Positions 57,479 through 64,000 of a stretch of DNA of 64,000 nt are shown in pieces; position 1 is the first letter of the stretch; each line of letters opens with the position of its first letter. The position numbers and the translations under genes are program-made. Below the pieces are notes generated by a model that was not told where the DNA came from, did no database searches, and was given only the letters and a program-made list of their open reading frames with translations. Source of the DNA: Ascidiella aspersa (lineage: Eukaryota); the NCBI GenBank assembly GCA_963924565.1, contig OZ004612.1, forward strand, positions 28,582,001 to 28,646,000. Direction: 5' to 3'.

Positions 57479-60243
57479 GCGACGCAGATGTTTTACAAAC
57501 CTGTATCTCAGTGTCAGTGTAACAGTGCATCAGGCATGTCAGTTTTCAGGCACGTCGATTCTGATAAAAACGTAACCTTTAGGTAAGGTTTACAGACATA
57601 TTTTTTCATAAATTTGAAAGCAAAGTCTCTATTTTCTTTCTTTCAATGAATCGGGCAAATTTGATTCTGCTTTTGCGATAATTGAGTTTATGGATTCCTG
57701 TCAAATCTCTTTCAGCTCCTCTATGTTTTTCCTGTAACTGAGATTAGCAAAGCCGGTACTTGAAGGCGGATATAGTTTAATTCACTCACGCAGTCAGAAG
57801 TGTGTGTAGTGTTGTCAAGGCTTCCTGCTCTGGCTTTTGTTCCAATCATGAAACTCTATTTGACCCGCTCGTTGTTGCTTTAACTGTTCGCGGTTTAATT
57901 TTATGCAGTTTAAAATTCGTTCCGCTGATATTCGGTAATTAAACAGTTGCCCTATAACATGTGGTGAATGCTTAATTACCATCCAACATTGAATGGGTAG
58001 TTGAACATTAAGGCATTTCGATTTAGTAGGCTCTTTTTACGTCTTTTTTTACAAGGAAATGCATACGTTGCTGGAGTACTACTCAGTACGAAGTTTTGGC
58101 TGTTGTTTTGTTAATATGTATACATGTGATAGGAGTTCATTCAGTCATATGTATCATATGTTGTTTTGATAGCTGAATAAACGCTATTGTGTAATACGCA
58201 GTACAATATGCGCAGTTCAACCTGGTATTTTATAAAGGTATCAAAAACAAGTTAAAGCTAACTGTTCATTAGCGTATATATAGCATATATCATATGTAGG
58301 TTTTCACGAAATAAACAGTTTACATTCTATGTATTCGTTAGAAGTGGCAGTTTTGTTTTCTTGCATAGAGTGGTGATTGTTATTTATTTACAAACTTGCG
58401 AATTGGCTTGCACCTTTGCCGTTTAAACTTGACTGCTTAGCGTTGGCACTATTCATGAAGCTCACCATCCAAAATGTAATCATAACCAGCGGCAGGCCTT
58501 GAGATAACAGCTTAACGGCACAAGCAGCAACAGGTCACCGACGCTCGACAGAAGAAAGAGACTCCAGCTAGGCTTTTAGCACTTGAAGCAGCCGCTGCAA
58601 AGGAAAAAGGTCGCCTGTCTCAAGTCTGTAGCCTTTACTGCACGCAGCAGTTTCTGTCACACGACTTAAAAGCGTCAAGTCTCTGCGTGAGTTATTAGCT
58701 TAATTCGGGTGTGCTAGGCAAATACGGTCTAGTTCGATGTAAAGGGCCTTGTTTAATGTGTGATGTTGCTTGCGGTTTTGCATATAGAGAGGCTGTACAG
58801 CTCAGCTGTAATACGTTTAACTTGACAGGTAATGAGTGAGATTGGCTGTCCAGTGCGCAGCGGCGCTAGTTTATTGATTTGTGTGATTAAGGCCGTCGAA
58901 AACTCAGAATGCCACGTTAATAAAATACAGTTGAAACTGTAGAATGGAAAACTGAATGTGTAAAATAAGAAGGTATATGTTCGCTCTTAGTCATTTATAG
59001 GAGAAATATATTTCGCCACAAAATAAGGCAAAATCAGTGTATAGAAAATGGATAAATGACGACAATGACTTCAAAAAGGAGAAACTGTAGAACATTAATT
59101 TCGTACAGGAATGCAGAACGTAGCTAGATCGTAGCCAAGAAATGGAAAGTTTTCGTTTAAATCTCTATGAGCGCCTTTAAGTTTTATTGTTGTTCGATCG
59201 GTCGTTGAAACGCAATCAATAGTTGGAAGTCAACCAGTTTATCAACTTATTCGCGGGGTTTTTATGACAACTGGAAGCGACCAAAACCGCAGTTGGAGGT
59301 CGATTGTTAAGTCATAGGAAAGCTTCGGCTAGAGCGGAAACAGTTGTTGACTTTCAAATTGCTGCGACCAGGAAACGGATTGGTGTTTAATTGGACCCTT
59401 TGCTCGTGTCAGTCAAAATTCAGCTTAGTATATTGTCACTTCAATTTGGAAATAAAGGATTGGAATATATAGAGGAGGTGAAATATATCTTTACGGCTGT
59501 GGTTAGGAAAAATAATTACGGTAAAAAGCGTGTAAAAGATTTACGAGTAAAAATATTCGGTAATAGAAAATCTAGGCCTAACTGTGACCCAATGACGTTT
59601 TCGTGCTGTCGAGCAGACGAGCATTAGCTCATCTATATTTGCTTAAAAAGGTCAATAACCTTCTACCAGAAGCGATCGTTTTGGCTGTGTCATTGGTCTT
59701 TTCATTGTTGCTGTACAAATTAAAAATGTAGCAATACCGGTAACCTGGTCATAAGTTATGCCCTTAGGTTGTCTATAACTTTGTGTAGTTTTAGCGTTCA
59801 AACCGAGTGCGCGCTCTTTTTACGCTTGACTGGTCGGCTGGCTTGCAACGATAGATGCGTCACAGATATACTGTTACGTCATACAGAAGCGTACCGTAGC
59901 CACGGCATGGCCAGCTAGTGTGGTAGGGGTAGCAGACTGGTGCTAATGCTTTTTGGCTGTACCCATTCTCTTTGTTTACGGGTGCCTTTGGACAGGAAGC
60001 CATGCGGTTTAAATGCCTGCGGTCGTGACTTGACCCAGTCTATTGTCGCTGTCTTTAGACCCGGGTCGTGTTAAGCATTCTGTCGTTATCGTCTGGCTTT
60101 TAATACTGGTATTTAAACAGATTTCAGAAATTAACCTTTAATCTGTATTGAAACAGATTTCAGAAATTAACCTTTGAACTGGCATAATATAGTTAGTAGA
60201 CAGAGGTCTTCTGGCATTCTGTCGTTTTTATCTAAGGGATTCG

Positions 60244-60921
60244 GTTTTCTAGTGTATGGAGTATATCAATTCTTTCCCCTTTTTATGTGAGTTGTGAAAT
60301 GCAGTATATGTTCGGGTTTTCAAGAACAGTGACGATGTGTAATTTGTATACTAACGTTTCGTTTTTTTCGAGTTGCAAGCCATTCAGTGGCCAGCACTTT
60401 TTGGACCCGTTATATGTATAGATTGCGTGTTTCTAGTATAATAACGTTCCATATATAAGGATAAACGAATTTAAAATCGCCATTTCAGGGGTTAAATAGC
60501 AATAGAATTAAAGTTAGCGGATTAATGATCTGTAATGCGACCCTTAAAATATAAACTTTAGGTTTTTCTAGTATATACCTAATAAGTGTATATAAATTGT
60601 TAGAGAGCTATCGATATTTCAACTTTCCATTTTTACGTGAGTTACAAAATGCAGTCTATGTTCGGGTTTTCAAGAACAGGAACGATATGTAAATTGTGTT
60701 ATAACGTTTTGGGTTGTTTATGTTGTAGTATATATAAGCCATTTGGTGTCGACACTATTTATGACCCGTTGTATATATAGATTGCGTGTATTTGTGTGGG
60801 TGATGCTTAAACGTTCCATATGTAATTATAGACAAATCTAAAATCGACATATGCGAAATTTAATAGCAGTAAAAAGATTATTAGCGTTTCCATAAATGGT
60901 CAGTTATGCGACCCTTAAAAT
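60244..60921. repeat. about 320-360-bp tandem duplication
   Basis: Shared tatgttcgggttttcaagaacag, gattgcgtgt and atgcgacccttaaaat in both halves. Confidence 0.85.
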
Positions 60922-62519
60922 GATCAGAACCACTGGTGCCAGGACCGTATTTATAATTGTGCCCACTAGGCCTATCAACGAATACCGATTCCACATTCTT
61001 TCAATGTACAGTAAAATTCGCCAAAAATACCTAGGTTGCAAACTTGTACTCAAATACCTTATCTATTTCCAAAATTAGATTAATGATAGAAGCAGAAAAG
61101 CACGGCATTATTTTCAAGGAACAGAACAAGTGAGTTCCCAAACATCTCGGAAAGTTTATTTTTGTATGCATTAGGGCTACTCGAATACGATAGGCTAGTG
61201 TGCCTGCATCTTTCAGTTAGCTATAGTCTGCCATCGAATTGTCGTGGGACCACAACGCATTTAGCTCCACGCTGTATTCTGTTCCCTTGGGAGGTTGACT
61301 AACAGCCGCACAGCACGTGTATGTGGGGTAGAGAAGCTCTTAACCGTTGTGGGATGCATGTGATCATATTCATATGATTGTTGCGTAGTGATCATGTTTA
61401 AGATCTTGTGAGCAACATGATTGTATTGATTTCTGAAACAAATCGTGGGTTTAGTAGCTGGCGAGGGCGTATATAAGGGCCTCTTGAAATAACATTTTAA
61501 TGCATTGTAAGATTGTTCATTATGTTTCTTTGAACGTATAGTGTTTAATTGCTTGTGAGCATTTTTAGAAGGCTTGTTCATGAAACAGATCATGTCTAAT
61601 GTCTCGTGACTCGTGAGCATTTACATGAAAGCTTGTTCATGACAGATCATGCTTATCTCGTGAGCACGTTTATGAGGGATCTATGGTAAATCGAACCGTT
61701 TTCCGTATCTAGTTAGTGTGTTTATAAAACAAGTTACTTTGATCAGTGCGTTATATCACGTTTTTTGGATTTCGTGATACGTGTCACGCAGCTTTTTTCA
61801 TGAGTTCAATCACGGTGAAAGTTGGGCGGTAAAAGGTTTGTGCGTGAGTTATTTCACGAGTTGGCCGCGTTTCCTATTCCATGATACAGCTCACAGGATA
61901 ATGTTGTTTCTTTAAGAGTTAGTTTTTATTGTTGGTTAACTGCATAGATATTTACTTGTACTTGGCATAATTCTTTTTAATAATTATTTTAAAAACTTGT
62001 GATGATTTGACGTCTGTGTACCCTTAAAGTGCTTGGACTACTGCTGGTTATATGTTTTCCAAGTAGGTTTGGTTTGTTATACGGTTCAATGCTGACTCTG
62101 CAATCTTGTGACCTTTCAAAATCTCCCTGGGGGATCTTAACTCGCTGTCTGAAGAATGCAAAGTAATATACTGCATAATAAACTATGAACGGCTCAAGAC
62201 TTGTTGAATGAAATGAATTCCCACAAGAACTGTGCACTTAATGTCCAGTTGTTTTCAATGACTTAATGGGGCGAAATAATTTATCGGTGGATCTGGTTTA
62301 AATTCATTGTAAACGTTTTTATTTTGCAATGATTTACTATTTAGTTAAATCGAGTTTGTGTTTGTTTAATCGTAGTAAAAATACAAGGAAATAAGCGCGG
62401 CAAACTTAACCCAATAAACTTGTACAAATGGTTGTTCTTCTGAGCCTTATTTTATAATTATATAGATTTCGTTCACTTTTCACGCAATGTGTCGCTTAGA
62501 ATGTATTTTTGCATCACGT

Positions 62520-63482
62520 AACCGCATTCAGCCTAAAAAATACAGAAATCAATTTCACTGAATGGGGTAATTGCAAAGAAAATACTCGCCTCTCCACAAA
62601 AGAAAAGTGAAGAAAATTATTTGCTCTTATGCAGGCACATAATACTCAACTGTAACATTTAGAGAAGGCTAATTTAGTTTGCATTACGTAGTCATTTTAG
62701 GCCAATGAATGATTTCCTTCAGGAAACCGCATTAAACAGCTTTGAACCCAGGAATCAATTTCCTGAATGGGCTACTTGTCAAGACAATACTTCTCCGCTA
62801 AGGCCAGAATGTTTTTAAGTGAGGAAACTATTTACTCTTATACAGGCAGTTAATACACAATGCAACATTTAGAACGCTAATGTATCTTGTAATAAATAGC
62901 AATTTTAGGCCAATGGACGATTTTAAACAGCTTTAAACCCAGAAATCAATTCACTGAATAGGGTCCTTGACAAGGCAATATTCGCCTCTCGACTAAGACC
63001 AAGTATAGAAAACTATTTAATCTTATGCAGGCAGTTGATACACAGTCTAACATTAAGAAGGCTAATTTGCTTTGCGTTACGTAGTCATTCTAGGTCAATA
63101 AATGCTTTCCTTTTGGAAACCGCGTTAAACAGCCTTTAAAGCCAGAAATCAAATTCACTCGATGAGGAACTTGACAAGGCTATACTCGCCTATCCACAAA
63201 GGCCAAGTGAATAAAACTATTTACTCTTATGTAGACAGTTAATAAACATTGTAATATTTAAAAGGCTGATGTATTTTGCACAACCTAGCCATTTTTTAAA
63301 TACGAAAATGCAACGTTAATACAAAATGCAACATTCAGAAGGTCATCTTTTAGTAAATAGCAATTTTAGGCCAATGAATGATTTCCTTTAGGAAACCGCA
63401 TTAAAGAGCCTTAAACCCAGGAATCAATTCACTGAATGGGCTACTTGAGAAGGCAATACTCGCCTCTCCGCCAAGGCTAAGT
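62520..63482. repeat. about 200-bp tandem repeat x5 (diverged)
   Basis: cag(a/g)aatcaat near 62543, 62749, 62940, 63143, 63418 with colinear flanks. Confidence 0.88.
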
Positions 63483-63519
63483 GCTATCTAGCTAAGGTTG
63501 CATTTTTCTAGTCGGATAG

Positions 63520-63770
63520 CCGCGAGCTATATTCGCAGGAATGTGACAAAACGCGTTGCGCTTATATTCTTCGATCACAATTGCTCGTTTGTGACGGTGT
63601 GTTTTTGCCGTGATTTGTATTTTGACAACAATTTAACGCTCCGCTGCTTATTGTTACGTCACTTCCGTTGCGCATAATCGCGCCGTTAAATAATCGCGTG
63701 TCGCGCGACGTCTGACTCGATGTGGTGTTTATAAGTGCTCAATCAAAACCCCAAGCGCTGCAATTTGTGT
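63520..63770. promoter_or_regulatory. CpG-rich promoter-like patch with ETS-CRE composite and TATA-like motif
   Basis: TTACGTCACTTCCG 63654-63667 (reverse complement CGGAAGTGACGTAA); TATAAG 63730; dense CGCG. Confidence 0.4.
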
Positions 63771-64000
63771 GTTGAGGCCAAACGAAGCTAATACAACAGC
63801 TTGCTGCTCTTATTGCTATTTTTGTACACGGGTAAACGTGCTAGCCTAATATTATGCTCTTTAACGTGTGGCTTTTAGGCAGTAAATTTAAAACCGTGTT
63901 TCTTAACTCAAGGGTCGAGAAGTTGGGTTGGGTTGCCGACTGAAGTAGTTTGATAAGGTTAGATTTAGGAAGCTAATTCAACACCCAAAGGAAGCTGCTC

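Noticed and set aside
58480-58980. E-box/ATTGG-rich stretch ending in a donor-like AAG|gtatat as an alternative first exon
   Set aside because: No meaningful ORF, and the motifs are too short to separate from chance without transcript data.
57197-64000. Further nesprin exons, KASH domain or a nested gene
   Set aside because: No spectrin-like or KASH-like exon and no convincing spliced ORF on either strand; the region appears intronic.

Overview
AT-rich eukaryotic (animal) genomic DNA, not prokaryotic. Short introns and a large excess of TGACGTCA suggest an ascidian/tunicate, which is inference only. The whole window is the interior of one + strand gene encoding a giant spectrin-repeat protein of the nesprin-1/SYNE1 type. 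I traced 68 GT-AG exons from 600 to 57196 that splice in phase into about 3,690 codons with no stop; the CH-domain start and the KASH end lie outside the window. The introns hold the most interesting material: (1) two families of fold-back mini-elements carrying minimal Penelope-type hammerhead ribozymes, with one apparently intact copy on the pre-mRNA strand at 43.9 kb; (2) a candidate 27-nt microexon and two candidate frame-preserving cassette exons (NPxY motif; two SxIP-type motifs) next to RBFOX UGCAUG clusters; (3) duplicated splice junctions beside about 12 exons; (4) a TSD-flanked tRNA-like element with intact stems but a non-decoding anticodon arm; (5) non-autonomous hAT elements; (6) a CRE-palindrome minisatellite; (7) two much longer 3' introns with promoter-like motifs where vertebrate short nesprin isoforms begin. 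Everything was read by eye; no searches were run, and homology statements are from recall.
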